A stretch of 64,000 nucleotides of DNA from Candidatus Latescibacterota bacterium (GTDB taxonomy: Bacteria; Latescibacterota; UBA2968; UBA8231). Positions 10,756 to 20,489 of the stretch are shown here, piece after piece. The stretch covers positions 448,001 to 512,000 of the forward strand of contig OZ241889.1 in the NCBI GenBank assembly GCA_965203355.1, in the 5' to 3' direction. The notes beneath the pieces were generated by a model that saw only the letters and a program-made list of their open reading frames with translations, had not been told where the DNA came from and searched no databases. A program made the position numbers and the translations under genes. Each line of letters opens with the position of its first letter. The stretch's first letter is position 1.

Positions 10756-12189
10756 TCAGCGAAAAGTGCGAAAGTTTAGGAAAACCTTTTCTCCATCCGC
10801 CACCGCCACTTCGGGCAGCGTCTCTACGGCTAAAACCCGTCCGCGGGCGTCGAGCAACTCCAAGGTCGGAGCGGTGGTGCCTGGGGCCACTGCCAGCCGG
10901 GCGATGCGGATGGCGTGGGGCAGCGCCAGCCAGCCGCGCGTGTCGGCCGCCTCGGTCGCCACGCCGAAGAGGTTGACCAAGCCGCCCAGTGCTTTGCCTA
11001 ACCCCTCCTTGGCCCATTTATGCTCGTCGTCCTGATCGTCATCGTCGTCCGCAAAGGCTTTTTCAATGCCCTTGGACGCTAGGTATTTGGCCAAGTTGCG
11101 GGCGACAGCGCGCAGCAGGATGGTATCGAATTTCTCGGCGAAGGTCTGCTGGGCAATCGCGTCCAAGTCCTGGGCGGTGGCCGCCAGCGCACTCTGGTCG
11201 CCAGCGTGTAGCCGCACCCCGGCTACCTGCGAGGGCACCTCCCGGTATTCGGGCAGCGCCACCCGAAGCCAGTAATCCACGTGCTGGCGCTGGTACACGT
11301 GCGGGTGGTGATAGCGATCGACGGCCCGCTCCGACACCGCCCACACCTCCCACGTTCCTTCGTCCTTCAGAATCGGCACGTTGAACTCGACCTGATGCTT
11401 GCGAGGCACAAAGCCGCTCTCGACGAAAACCACCAACTCGCCACCGGCGACCGGCTCCAGCTCCGCTCGATCAAGCTGGTAGCGCTCGGTGTATTCGGCC
11501 ACCTCGTCTTCGTATCCCAGCCGCTGGGCCAGCCGCGCTAGGTCAATTATCAGCATCCGCGGCACTTGCAGACCAAAGGCCGCTTCGTACGCGCGATAGC
11601 CCTTTAAGGCATCTTTGTAGGAAATGTACGCGTCGTTCCACTCGCCCTCGGCTTCAAAAAAGAGACCGGTCATGTACTGCAAAAAGGCGTCGTTCTTATA
11701 GCTGAGTTCGTACTCGGCTTGTTGCGCGTAGTTTTCGAGCTTCAGGTTGGCCTTGCGGCACTCGACCAACGCCGCTTGTCGGTCGCCCAGCCGGGCGTAG
11801 TTCATGGCGCGGTAGTAGTGGATCAGGGCGAGCTCGAACTCCTCGCCGCGGTAGGCTATCGCCGAATCATTGGACAGCAAGGCCGCGATTTCGCGCGAGA
11901 CTGAGCGGGTGTAGAGTTGGTCGCTTAGCCGCTCGGCTCGTTCAAACTCCACGTTGGACGCCTCGTATTGGCCTTGATAGTGCAAAATCAGCCCCTTTTC
12001 CAAGTGATAGAGCAGCTTGTTGGTCTTGCCGGAGGGCTTTTCGAGCTTGCCGAGGGCCGCTTCGTAGTTGCCCTTTTCTAGCTGTCGGAGCGAATGGGAT
12101 ACATAGCCCGAATAGGCGGCCCCGCAACCGCTCAATAAGAGCAGCAGGACGACGCTGAGACCGATGACCGCTCGGCTGCTTCCCGGCAT
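10756..12189 (-). CDS. COG3014-type TPR lipoprotein
   Basis: Lipobox LSGC; LEKGLILH, YRGEEFE, ALVECRKAN, EAADTRGWLALP. Start placed at MPGSS (uncertain). Confidence 0.8.
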   Translation of the reverse strand: MPGSSRAVIGLSVVLLLLLSGCGAAYSGYVSHSLRQLEKGNYEAALGKLEKPSGKTNKLLYHLEKGLILHYQGQYEASNVEFERAERLSDQLYTRSVSREIAALLSNDSAIAYRGEEFELALIHYYRAMNYARLGDRQAALVECRKANLKLENYAQQAEYELSYKNDAFLQYMTGLFFEAEGEWNDAYISYKDALKGYRAYEAAFGLQVPRMLIIDLARLAQRLGYEDEVAEYTERYQLDRAELEPVAGGELVVFVESGFVPRKHQVEFNVPILKDEGTWEVWAVSERAVDRYHHPHVYQRQHVDYWLRVALPEYREVPSQVAGVRLHAGDQSALAATAQDLDAIAQQTFAEKFDTILLRAVARNLAKYLASKGIEKAFADDDDDQDDEHKWAKEGLGKALGGLVNLFGVATEAADTRGWLALPHAIRIARLAVAPGTTAPTLELLDARGRVLAVETLPEVAVADGEKVFLNFRTFR

Positions 12190-12304
12190 AAGTGATTCCG
12201 TCCATTGTCCTCGCACCGGCGACATGGATAAAGACTCCACGTTGGGTCCATCCGATTGACCGCGTGTCATATATAACACCTAAGCGGGAGAAAAGTGTCC
12301 CCTC

Positions 12305-12607
12305 TTATTCGACTCGTGCGACCCAAATCAGCGTGCCAGCGCACACGCCGGCCAACGCCCGCGGATCGCCTTCGATGTGCCCGAGAACATTGACCTTGCT
12401 TACCAACCGGCACTCGTCGCCCGCGGAAATTGGCGTTGGCCCGTAGGGCAGGGCGAGCGCTTGCCCCTCCGCCCAAAAGCACACCGCGCCTTTTTCTACT
12501 ACTTGCCGGGCGTCGGGTTCTAGCGCGGCCCAAACCTTTTGTGCCGTCGGCGTCGCGTCTAAAACCGCTTCGACCGCGCCGTCATCCCAGCTAATCCGAA
12601 TCCGCAT
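12305..12607 (-). CDS. Cyclophilin-like fold (DUF369) protein, apparently with an internal deletion
   Basis: DATPTA..VWAAL, GAVCFW, YGPTPIS.GDECRL...VNVLG. The usual WG.E.YF segment is absent. Confidence 0.7.
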   Translation of the reverse strand: MRIRISWDDGAVEAVLDATPTAQKVWAALEPDARQVVEKGAVCFWAEGQALALPYGPTPISAGDECRLVSKVNVLGHIEGDPRALAGVCAGTLIWVARVE

Positions 12608-12701
12608 GATGCGCCTCCTAAAACTTGCCCAAGCCTTTGAGTTTTCTTAATATAAGTGCCCATTCATCCGCTGCAAAAACGCCCGCTATACCGGTAAAAT
12701 C

Positions 12702-13739
12702 ATGGAAAAACCCAACGTCGTCGTCATCGGCTACGGCTTTGCTGGCCGCTGCTTCCACGCCTATCTAGTGGGGTTGGCCAGCGGCCTGAACCTCTACGGC
12801 ATTGCCACTAGCCGACCCGAGGCCCGCGACCAGATTCAGCGCGACTTGGGGATAAAGACCTTTCGCCACTTCGACGAAGTGCTGGCCGACCCAGCCGTCG
12901 ATCTGGTCGTCCTCGCCACGCCCAACGACCTCCACGCCCCACACGCGATCCAAGCGATGGCGGCTGGCAAACACGTGGTCACCGACAAGCCCATGTGCTT
13001 GAGCATGGCCGAGGCCGACCAGATGATCGCCGCCAGCCAAGCGCACGACCGCTTGCTCAGCGTCTTTCAAAACCGGCGCTGGGACGGCGATTTCCTCGCC
13101 GTGAAAGACGCGCTGGCCCAAGGGCTGCTCGGCGATCTCTTTTTGCTTGAAATGTTCTGGGGCCAATACGGCCCCCCGCGCGGTTGGCGCAGCATCGCCC
13201 GGCACGGCGGCGGCAAATTCTTCGATCTAGGCGCCCATCTGGTCGATCAAGCCCTCCAGCTTATCGACGCGCCGCTGACAAAGGTGTACGCCTCCTTCCA
13301 CTCCGGTGCTCGGCTCAGCATCGACGTCGAGTCCCACGCGTTGGCCGTGCTTCACTTTGCCAACGGCGTCGAAGCCCGCGTGGAAACCTCGTCACTGGCC
13401 GGCAAAGCCAAACCGCGTTGGTATGTGCTGGGCGCGGCAGGCGCACTGGTCAAAGAGGGCGTCGACCCGCAGGAAAAGGCCATGATCGCCGGCGACATTG
13501 ACGCGGCTGTAGAAGTGCCCGAACACTACGCACGCCTCTATCGACCAACCGAGGAAACCATCCTTGAGACCGCCCCCGGCCGCTGGCGTTCCTACTACGA
13601 AAACATCGCCGACGCGCTAGCGGGACGCTCGGCACTGGCCGTAACCGCCGAGAGCGTGCGGCAGACCATGGTCGCCATGGAGGCCGCCCGGCGGTCCGCC
13701 GCTCAGCAGCGGCCCGTGTCCCCAGAGGAAATCGGGTGA
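12702..13739 (+). CDS. Gfo/Idh/MocA oxidoreductase (IolW/YdgJ-like)
   Basis: IGYGFAG..FH, GKHVVTDKP, FQNRRWDGDF, DLGAHLVDQ. Confidence 0.9.
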   Translation: MEKPNVVVIGYGFAGRCFHAYLVGLASGLNLYGIATSRPEARDQIQRDLGIKTFRHFDEVLADPAVDLVVLATPNDLHAPHAIQAMAAGKHVVTDKPMCLSMAEADQMIAASQAHDRLLSVFQNRRWDGDFLAVKDALAQGLLGDLFLLEMFWGQYGPPRGWRSIARHGGGKFFDLGAHLVDQALQLIDAPLTKVYASFHSGARLSIDVESHALAVLHFANGVEARVETSSLAGKAKPRWYVLGAAGALVKEGVDPQEKAMIAGDIDAAVEVPEHYARLYRPTEETILETAPGRWRSYYENIADALAGRSALAVTAESVRQTMVAMEAARRSAAQQRPVSPEEIG

Positions 13740-14326
13740 AATTGCGACCGGGCAACTACGGCAAGGAGACCAGCTTTGAGGTTCGCACCTTCGACGCTGC
13801 GATACCCCTCGCCGAATACGCCCACCTGCCCAAGCATCCGCTCTATCTGGTGCTCGACAACTTGCGCAGTGCCTTCAACGTCGGCTCGATCTTCCGCACG
13901 GCGGACGCCGCCCGTCTCAGCGGCATCTACACCTGCGGCTACACGGCCCATCCGCCCCATCCCAAGCTCGACAAAACAGCGTTGGGCACCCTCTCGTACA
14001 TCGAGACCTGCCACTTCGCCACCACGGTCCAAGCCATTGAGCACTTGCGCGCTCGTCAAGTGCCGGTGTGGGCACTGGAGACGACCTCGCAAAGCCGCTG
14101 CTACACCGAGCCGGACTATCCGCGCCCCTTGGCTCTCATCGTGGGCAATGAGGCCCTCGGCGTCGATCGCGCCGCGCTCGAACGCTGCGACGAACTGGTT
14201 GAGATTCCCATGTACGGCTACAAAAACAGCCTCAATGTCGCCGCGGCCAGCGCCGTCCTCGTCTTTGAGGTCCTGCGCCAATGGCAGGCCGTCAGCCCTA
14301 CCTGCCGGCCCACCGCCCATGCCTGA
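13736..14326 (+). CDS. SpoU/TrmH-family RNA methyltransferase
   Basis: LDNLRSAFNVGSIFRTADA, GNEALG, IPMYGYKNSLNVA. Confidence 0.92.
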   Translation: MKLRPGNYGKETSFEVRTFDAAIPLAEYAHLPKHPLYLVLDNLRSAFNVGSIFRTADAARLSGIYTCGYTAHPPHPKLDKTALGTLSYIETCHFATTVQAIEHLRARQVPVWALETTSQSRCYTEPDYPRPLALIVGNEALGVDRAALERCDELVEIPMYGYKNSLNVAAASAVLVFEVLRQWQAVSPTCRPTAHA

Positions 14327-16115
14327 AGCCGCCCGCTTGCTCCGCGACTGGCTCGGCTTTGAGTTCGTCTCCCGCATCTACCTCTACAGCGCGCTCATCG
14401 GCCTGATTTCCGGTTTGGGTGCCGTGTTGTTCACGTACGGTCTCGAACTGGCCAAGTTCCTGCTAGTCGAGAAATTGGCTGGCTACCGCCAGATCCATCC
14501 GCACAACAAGGCGCTATTCGACTTTTCCTTTTTTGGCGCAGCCAGCTATGGCGAGTACTTGTGGCTGTTGCTGCTGCTGCCGGCACTCGGTGGCTTGCTC
14601 AGCGGTTACTTGACCCACCGCTTCGCACCCGAAGCCCAAGGTGCGGGCACCGACGCCATGATCGATGCCTTCCACAACCAGCGCGGCCACATTCGCCCCA
14701 TCGTCGTTCCGGTCAAGGCCCTGGCGACCACTATCACGCTCGCCTCGGGTGGAGCCGCTGGTCAACAAGGTCCTTTGGTGCATATCGGCGCGGGCTTAGG
14801 CTCTTGGATCGGCGACAAACTCAAACTTTCGGTGGCCCAGCGGCGGATCTTGCTGCTGGCGGGCACGGCCGGAGGGCTAGGAGCGATTTTCCGCGCACCG
14901 CTCGGTGCCGCGATCGCCAGCGTGGAGGTGCTCTATCGCGAAGACTTTGAAAGCGACGCGCTCATTCCCTGCGTCATCAGTTCCTTTGTCGCCTACGCGC
15001 TCTACATAGCCGTCTTTGGCTTCTCGCACATTTTCGCCCTGCCCGACCTGCTATTCACCGATGTGCGCGAGTTGATTTTCTACTTAGTGCTGGGGTTTTT
15101 CTGCGCCTTGGTCGGCATTTTTTACGTCAAGACCCTGCGCCTCGCACACGCCCTGTTCGACCGCCTGACGCTGCCCCGCTACTGGATCGTCTGCGGCGGC
15201 GGCTTGCTGGTGGGGTTGGTGGCCTTTATCGACCCCCGAGTGCTGGGCGATGGGTTCGGCGTCATCCAACAGGGGCTCGACGGCGAGCTCGCAATCCGCG
15301 CCTTCCTAGCCCTCGCCCTGCTCAAAATCCTCGCCTCTAGCTGCACGATCTCCAGCGGCGGCTCGGGCGGCGTCTTCGGCCCCTCGCTCTTCATCGGCGG
15401 AATGCTCGGCGGTGCCGTGGGCCTGCTGGGCCAACAGTACTTTCCCGACATCGTTCACCAACCAGCCGCTTACATCGTGGTCGGCATGGCTTCGTTCTTC
15501 GGCGCGGTGGCCAACACGCCGCTAGCGGCCCTGATTCTCGTCATCGAAATGAGCGGCTCCTACCACCTGCTGCCGCCGCTGATGGTCGTCAGTGCCCTCG
15601 CGCTGATCTTCGCGCGCAACTTTTCCATCTACCAAAATCAAGTCCAAAACAAGTTCTACTCTCCAGCCCACATCAAAGATCTAACCGTCGATGTGCTGCA
15701 CAATCTCCAAGTCCGCGATGTTTTTCCTCGCCTCGAAAACACCGCTGGAGCTATCGTCAGCAATCGGCTTTCCTACTTTTCTTTGAGCACGCTGAGCAAA
15801 AAACTGGGGCACTTGCACTTTGTCGTAATCGATGCCGACGGCGGCTTGCGCGGTATGATCAGCCTCGAAGACCTGGACCTGCCCGAAGACGAGATGCTGC
15901 GCAACCTAGTGCTCATAGAAGACATGGTCGTCGATGATGTCCGCCCCATAGACGCAAACGACAACCTGCACGAAGCGCTGCAAAAACTGCTCGACTCTGG
16001 CTACGACAAACTGCCCGTGATGCAGGGAGAAAGCGAGTTTTGGGGCTATCTGATGCACTCAGATCTGATGCGGGTGTACCACGAGGAAGTCACTCGGCTG
16101 GCCGGACAGGATTGA
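14319..16115 (+). CDS. CLC chloride channel/transporter with CBS domains
   Basis: APEAQGAGTD, GGAAGQQGP, IFRAPLG, SGGSGGVFGP, SIY and C-terminal CBS pair. The ATG overlaps the upstream gene's end. Confidence 0.93.
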   Translation: MPEAARLLRDWLGFEFVSRIYLYSALIGLISGLGAVLFTYGLELAKFLLVEKLAGYRQIHPHNKALFDFSFFGAASYGEYLWLLLLLPALGGLLSGYLTHRFAPEAQGAGTDAMIDAFHNQRGHIRPIVVPVKALATTITLASGGAAGQQGPLVHIGAGLGSWIGDKLKLSVAQRRILLLAGTAGGLGAIFRAPLGAAIASVEVLYREDFESDALIPCVISSFVAYALYIAVFGFSHIFALPDLLFTDVRELIFYLVLGFFCALVGIFYVKTLRLAHALFDRLTLPRYWIVCGGGLLVGLVAFIDPRVLGDGFGVIQQGLDGELAIRAFLALALLKILASSCTISSGGSGGVFGPSLFIGGMLGGAVGLLGQQYFPDIVHQPAAYIVVGMASFFGAVANTPLAALILVIEMSGSYHLLPPLMVVSALALIFARNFSIYQNQVQNKFYSPAHIKDLTVDVLHNLQVRDVFPRLENTAGAIVSNRLSYFSLSTLSKKLGHLHFVVIDADGGLRGMISLEDLDLPEDEMLRNLVLIEDMVVDDVRPIDANDNLHEALQKLLDSGYDKLPVMQGESEFWGYLMHSDLMRVYHEEVTRLAGQD

Positions 16116-17325
16116 CCGCCTCATTTGCGCCCGGGCGATAGGGCGCGTTTAGATAGTGCGCAGCCCGTTGGTGGCTGTCGGCATGGTCGGGCAAGTGCTG
16201 CACTCGCTGATAATGCAAAATCGCTTCCTCGCGGCGGCCCGCTAAGTCGTGTACTTGGCCGAGCAGTAGGTTGGCCAGCACGGCAAAAGCTACGTCCCGC
16301 TTGCGCTCGGAATTGGCGGCCAGGCTGTCGGTTGCCGATAGGTGGTCGGCGGCCTCGGGAAAACGCTGCTCGAAATAAGCGTATTTGCCCGCGTAGTAAT
16401 GCGCCTCCAAGCGGCCGTGGCGGTGATAGCCGGTCTGGCCAGCCAAGCTGCGGCGCACGTATTCTTCGTACAAAGCCACCCCCGATCGCCAGCGACCCAG
16501 TTCGACCATAGTTCGCGCGGCGTAGCGGTGGAAGACGGCGTTGTCTGGATACCGCTTGTAGAGTTCCTCAAAGTAGGGTAGCGCTTTGCGGTTGTCCTTC
16601 TCAAAGATTCGGTAGATCTGGCCGAGGAAATAGGCGGCCTCGGTGCGGGCGTAAGCTCCTTCGCGGGCGACTTCCTCGAGCTGCTGGAGGCCGAGCAGGC
16701 GATCGCCATCGGGCAAAAAGGCCATGATTGGACGGAGAATTCGGTGGCGTTGGGGCATGATCTCGGCGAAGTAGTGATACAGGCCCTGGCCAAAGAGGAT
16801 GTCCTTATTAGTCGGCTCGAGTTGCCGGCTCTTCTTTAGGAGGGGCAGGCCGCGCAACCCGTCGTGCGCCGCCCGCACGTACCGCTCTCTGTCGCCGTAC
16901 AATCGCCCGCGAAAACCGATGGCACCGCCTTTGAAGAGAACCGCGTCAAAGTCCAGCGGGTCTTTTTTGAGCCGCCGGTCGCAGACCTCAATGCACTGCT
17001 TGAGCCGGGCGTGGAACTCCGCGTCGTGGGTTTTGTCGGCCAAGTCTATGAGAATCCGCCACCAAGCGATCATCGCGCGAAAGAAGTAGCCGAGCGGATT
17101 GTCCGGCTCGGCCGCGACGATGTCCTGAAAGTGGCGCTCGGCCTCGACAAAGCGCAGATTGTAGATCAGGTCTATGCCGAGCTGAATGCGCGCATCAAAG
17201 CCGCGCATCGTATAGGCCTCCTCGCTCCAAGCGGGCAGGGCCAGCACACCGCAGAGCAAAACCGCGCTTATGGGGTGTCGTGCGTTCAAGGAATAAACCT
17301 CACCGCTTAACAGTAAAACGCTCAA
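16090..17325 (-). CDS. Secreted tetratricopeptide-repeat protein
   Basis: Signal-like N-terminus and TPR-like helices (EPDNPLGYF, AAYFLGQIY, LLLGQVHDLAG). Start uncertain. Confidence 0.75.
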   Translation of the reverse strand: MSVLLLSGEVYSLNARHPISAVLLCGVLALPAWSEEAYTMRGFDARIQLGIDLIYNLRFVEAERHFQDIVAAEPDNPLGYFFRAMIAWWRILIDLADKTHDAEFHARLKQCIEVCDRRLKKDPLDFDAVLFKGGAIGFRGRLYGDRERYVRAAHDGLRGLPLLKKSRQLEPTNKDILFGQGLYHYFAEIMPQRHRILRPIMAFLPDGDRLLGLQQLEEVAREGAYARTEAAYFLGQIYRIFEKDNRKALPYFEELYKRYPDNAVFHRYAARTMVELGRWRSGVALYEEYVRRSLAGQTGYHRHGRLEAHYYAGKYAYFEQRFPEAADHLSATDSLAANSERKRDVAFAVLANLLLGQVHDLAGRREEAILHYQRVQHLPDHADSHQRAAHYLNAPYRPGANEAVNPVRPAE

Positions 17326-17345
17326 GAGTAGGATGAAAACGAATC

Positions 17346-18728
17346 ATGGCAACTGTGCAATGCGACATCGCGATTATCGGCGGCGGCTCGGCCGGGTACG
17401 CGGCCGCGCGTACCGCCCACGCGGCCGGCGCCCATGTCGCGGTCATCGACCAAGGCCCTTGGGGGGGGCTGTGCATTCTGCGCGGCTGTATGCCCAGCAA
17501 GGCGATCCTCCGCTCCGCCGAAATAGCCTCGCACCTAGGCCGCGCCCCCGAGTTCGGTCTAGCACCCGTGGAAGTCCGCGCCGACTTAGCCGCCATTGTC
17601 GAGCGCAAGGCGCGGCTGGTCGCCGACTTTGCCGCCTATCGCCGCGAGCAACTGAGCGACGGCCGCTTCGCGCTCTACGAAGCGCACGCGCACTTCCTCT
17701 CGCCGCAGCAGCTCCAAGCCGGCGACGACGTCATTGAGGCCGGGCATTTTATCATCGCCACCGGCTCTACGCCCCAGCGCGTCTCGATCCCGGGGCTGGA
17801 CCACGTCGGCTACCTCACCAGCGACGAGGCCCTCGACATGTGCCAGCAGCCCGCAAGCCTCCTCGTCCTCGGCGGCGGTCCCATCGCCGTCGAGCTGGCC
17901 CAGTTCTTTCAGCGGATTGGCACGCAAGTGACGCTCATCCAGCGCAGCGATCACATTCTCTCTGCTGGCGACGAGGATTTGGCGCGGCCAGTCGAAGCAC
18001 GCTTCCGCGAGGAGGGCATGGAGGTGTTCACCGACACGCAACTGCGCCAATTCACCGAGGAAAACGGGCGCAAGATCGCGCATTTTTCCCACGGCGGCGC
18101 AGAGAAAACAGCCTCGGCATCCCTCGTCCTGCAAGCGCTTGGCCGACGGCCGCTCATCGACGGGCTGGGCCTAGACCAAGCCGGCGTCAAGGTCGCTGGC
18201 GGGCGCATCGTGGTCGATGCGGCCATGCGGACCAGCCAGCCCCACATCTACGCGGTCGGCGACGTCAATGGCGAGCACGAGATCGTCCACATCGCCATTG
18301 AGCAAGGCGAAATCGCCGCGTACAATGCCGCGCATCCCGACCGGCCCGAGCACCGCTTTGACGACCGTCTCAACGCGCTAGTCGTATTTACCGATCCGCA
18401 GGTGGCCAGCGTCGGTCTCAGCGAGCGCGACTGCCGCGCGGCGGACCGGCCCTACTTGGTCGCCAGCTATCCTTTTGACGACCACGGCAAGTCGCTGACG
18501 ATGGGCGAGACCTGCGGGCACGTAAAAATCCTCTGCGACCCGCGCTCGGGCGCCGTGATCGGCGGCCACATTGTCGGCCCGGAGGCCGGCGAACTAATCC
18601 ACGAGTTGATCGCGGTGATGTACTTTCGCGGGACCGTGCAGGATTTGGCCCAAATGCCCCATTATCATCCGACCTTGGCGGAAATTCTCACCTATCCGGC
18701 CGAAGAATTGGCGGAACAGTTGAGGTAG
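17346..18728 (+). CDS. Class I pyridine nucleotide-disulfide oxidoreductase (dihydrolipoamide dehydrogenase/mercuric reductase-like)
   Basis: IGGGSAG, GGLCILRGCMPSK redox cysteines, GGGPIAVE, AVGD, YHPTLAE. Confidence 0.9.
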   Translation: MATVQCDIAIIGGGSAGYAAARTAHAAGAHVAVIDQGPWGGLCILRGCMPSKAILRSAEIASHLGRAPEFGLAPVEVRADLAAIVERKARLVADFAAYRREQLSDGRFALYEAHAHFLSPQQLQAGDDVIEAGHFIIATGSTPQRVSIPGLDHVGYLTSDEALDMCQQPASLLVLGGGPIAVELAQFFQRIGTQVTLIQRSDHILSAGDEDLARPVEARFREEGMEVFTDTQLRQFTEENGRKIAHFSHGGAEKTASASLVLQALGRRPLIDGLGLDQAGVKVAGGRIVVDAAMRTSQPHIYAVGDVNGEHEIVHIAIEQGEIAAYNAAHPDRPEHRFDDRLNALVVFTDPQVASVGLSERDCRAADRPYLVASYPFDDHGKSLTMGETCGHVKILCDPRSGAVIGGHIVGPEAGELIHELIAVMYFRGTVQDLAQMPHYHPTLAEILTYPAEELAEQLR

Positions 18729-18847
18729 GAGCGTCTTTGTCTAACTGTTTCTGTCCAAAGGGGCTAAGGCAAGCCTCGGTAAAAGCCCGATAGAGAATAT
18801 CGCATGTTCGCCCGATGGTACTTGGATTGCGGAACGGCTGCACATTA

Positions 18848-19210
18848 TCAGCTAGGATCCCCACCAGAACACGCTAGCGCTTCCCCAGATATTTTACCAG
18901 TCAAATACTCTTCCAGCCTGCCGCTAAATTTGTGCGCCAAGGGCAGTCCAAACAGTATGCTCTTACTCAACTCAGGGGGAATGACCAACCATGTTGGATA
19001 TCTTCTTGATGAGGGATTACCGCTATCTCCCCAGAACCAGCGAATCCCAAGGCGCGGCTCTCCGGTCCAATCCATAGCTACGATAGCCCATCGCCCCTCC
19101 AGTTCCTTGAAAACGACGACATGCGGTCCTCCCACCATTTTTTTCGGAGAATTAATCTCAAGAATCTTGCTGTCATCGTCCAACGGAAAGTTCTCGCCAC
19201 CTTGAGGCAT
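18848..19210 (-). CDS. Small hypothetical protein, lower GC than neighbours
   Basis: ATG at 19210 preceded by AGGAG; Trp-rich W..EPRLGIRW...GNPSSRRYPTW motif. Confidence 0.65.
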   Translation of the reverse strand: MPQGGENFPLDDDSKILEINSPKKMVGGPHVVVFKELEGRWAIVAMDWTGEPRLGIRWFWGDSGNPSSRRYPTWLVIPPELSKSILFGLPLAHKFSGRLEEYLTGKISGEALACSGGDPS

Positions 19211-19293
19211 TTCTGTTCTCCTTTTTAATAGTTTTAACACCTATTCATAGTGAAAGGCTAAGATTAGTCGTGAGTTGAGGCAATGATTTTCTT

Positions 19294-20376
19294 CTAGCCC
19301 ATCCGCAACGCTCGATTCGCCAGCGGCAAATCCACTCGCCCATTGCCCTGTCGATGCGACTCGCGCAAGCCAATGGCGATCTCCAACGCCTCGCGCCCAA
19401 ATTCCCCCGGACAAATCCGCTCTTCTCCCGCCTCAACCGCCCGACAGACGCCCTCAATCGCATCTATCATGGACGAGCGCGGGTGCCACGGGTTGGGGAA
19501 CTGCCGCTGGATCGGCTCGCCCGTCTCTGGATGCGCTCCCCACAGCTCGAATTGCGCGTGGGCGTTGCGCGAGACGATCATCCCGCGCTCGCCGATAAAC
19601 TCCAAGGTCCACCCATGCCCCGAGCGGTCGGCGCGGGAGTTCAAAAAGCCGCGCACCCCGTTGGCGTAGGCAATGTAGCCCGAGCCGGATAAATCCCGGT
19701 CCGCCGCGGCCTGCGCGTCGTCGTCCATCTCGCCCATCACCCACTCGGCCGGTGCCCCGGCAAAAAGCCGAAACAAGGCCAGCGTATGGCTTTGCAAATT
19801 CGACAGGCTGTGCGGGCTGTGACAGACCATGGAGCGCAACCGGCCAATCGCGCCATCGGCGATGGCCTGCCGCGCATGGGTGTACCAGTTGTACCAGTTG
19901 AGATGGCAGGCGATAGCAAGAATAGTGCCGCTTGCCTTACACGCCGCAATCATCGCATCGGCCTCGGCCAAAGTGCGGCACATCGGCTTGGTGGCAAAAA
20001 TCGCCCGCACCCCAGCCTCGGCCAGGCCAATGACCGCCTCGGCTCGCTCGTCGGGCCGCGTCGTCACCGCTACTACGTCGGGCCGCTCTTGGGCGACCAA
20101 CTCGCGGTAGTCTTCGTACAAGGCTTCTACGCCCCAGCGCTGAGCAAAGTCGTCCAACTTGGCTCGGTCCACGTCGGCCGCGCCGATCAGCTCAATGCCT
20201 CGCGCTTCGATCATAGCCGGGGCATGTGCCCACGGCCACGGATAGTGCGGCATGCCGATGTGCTCGTCGTCGATGGTGCTGCCCATCCGTCCGCAGCCGA
20301 CCACTGCGCCGCGATACGATCCGCGTGGCTGGGTCGCCGCGATCTGTTTGTAGGCTTTGCCCAACGGTTGTGCCAT
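19294..20376 (-). CDS. Gfo/Idh/MocA oxidoreductase
   Basis: VVGCGRMG, PDVVAVTT, ATKPMC (usual EKP position). Confidence 0.85.
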   Translation of the reverse strand: MAQPLGKAYKQIAATQPRGSYRGAVVGCGRMGSTIDDEHIGMPHYPWPWAHAPAMIEARGIELIGAADVDRAKLDDFAQRWGVEALYEDYRELVAQERPDVVAVTTRPDERAEAVIGLAEAGVRAIFATKPMCRTLAEADAMIAACKASGTILAIACHLNWYNWYTHARQAIADGAIGRLRSMVCHSPHSLSNLQSHTLALFRLFAGAPAEWVMGEMDDDAQAAADRDLSGSGYIAYANGVRGFLNSRADRSGHGWTLEFIGERGMIVSRNAHAQFELWGAHPETGEPIQRQFPNPWHPRSSMIDAIEGVCRAVEAGEERICPGEFGREALEIAIGLRESHRQGNGRVDLPLANRALRMG

Positions 20377-20489
20377 GTCGTATCTCCTCTGCGTAAAATT
20401 GCAAAAAGGGATTCAATTAAATAGAATAAGATGGGTGCTTTGCTTCCTCCTACCAATGTACGTCGGCATTCAGCCCTTTAATCTGAGCC

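Noticed and set aside
13776-14318. Long N-terminal extension of the CLC ORF
   Set aside because: It is an alternate frame overlapping the SpoU methyltransferase; the real start is ATG 14319.
17346-18728. Mercuric reductase MerA
   Set aside because: No C-terminal Cys-Cys pair, no NmerA domain and no mer genes nearby.
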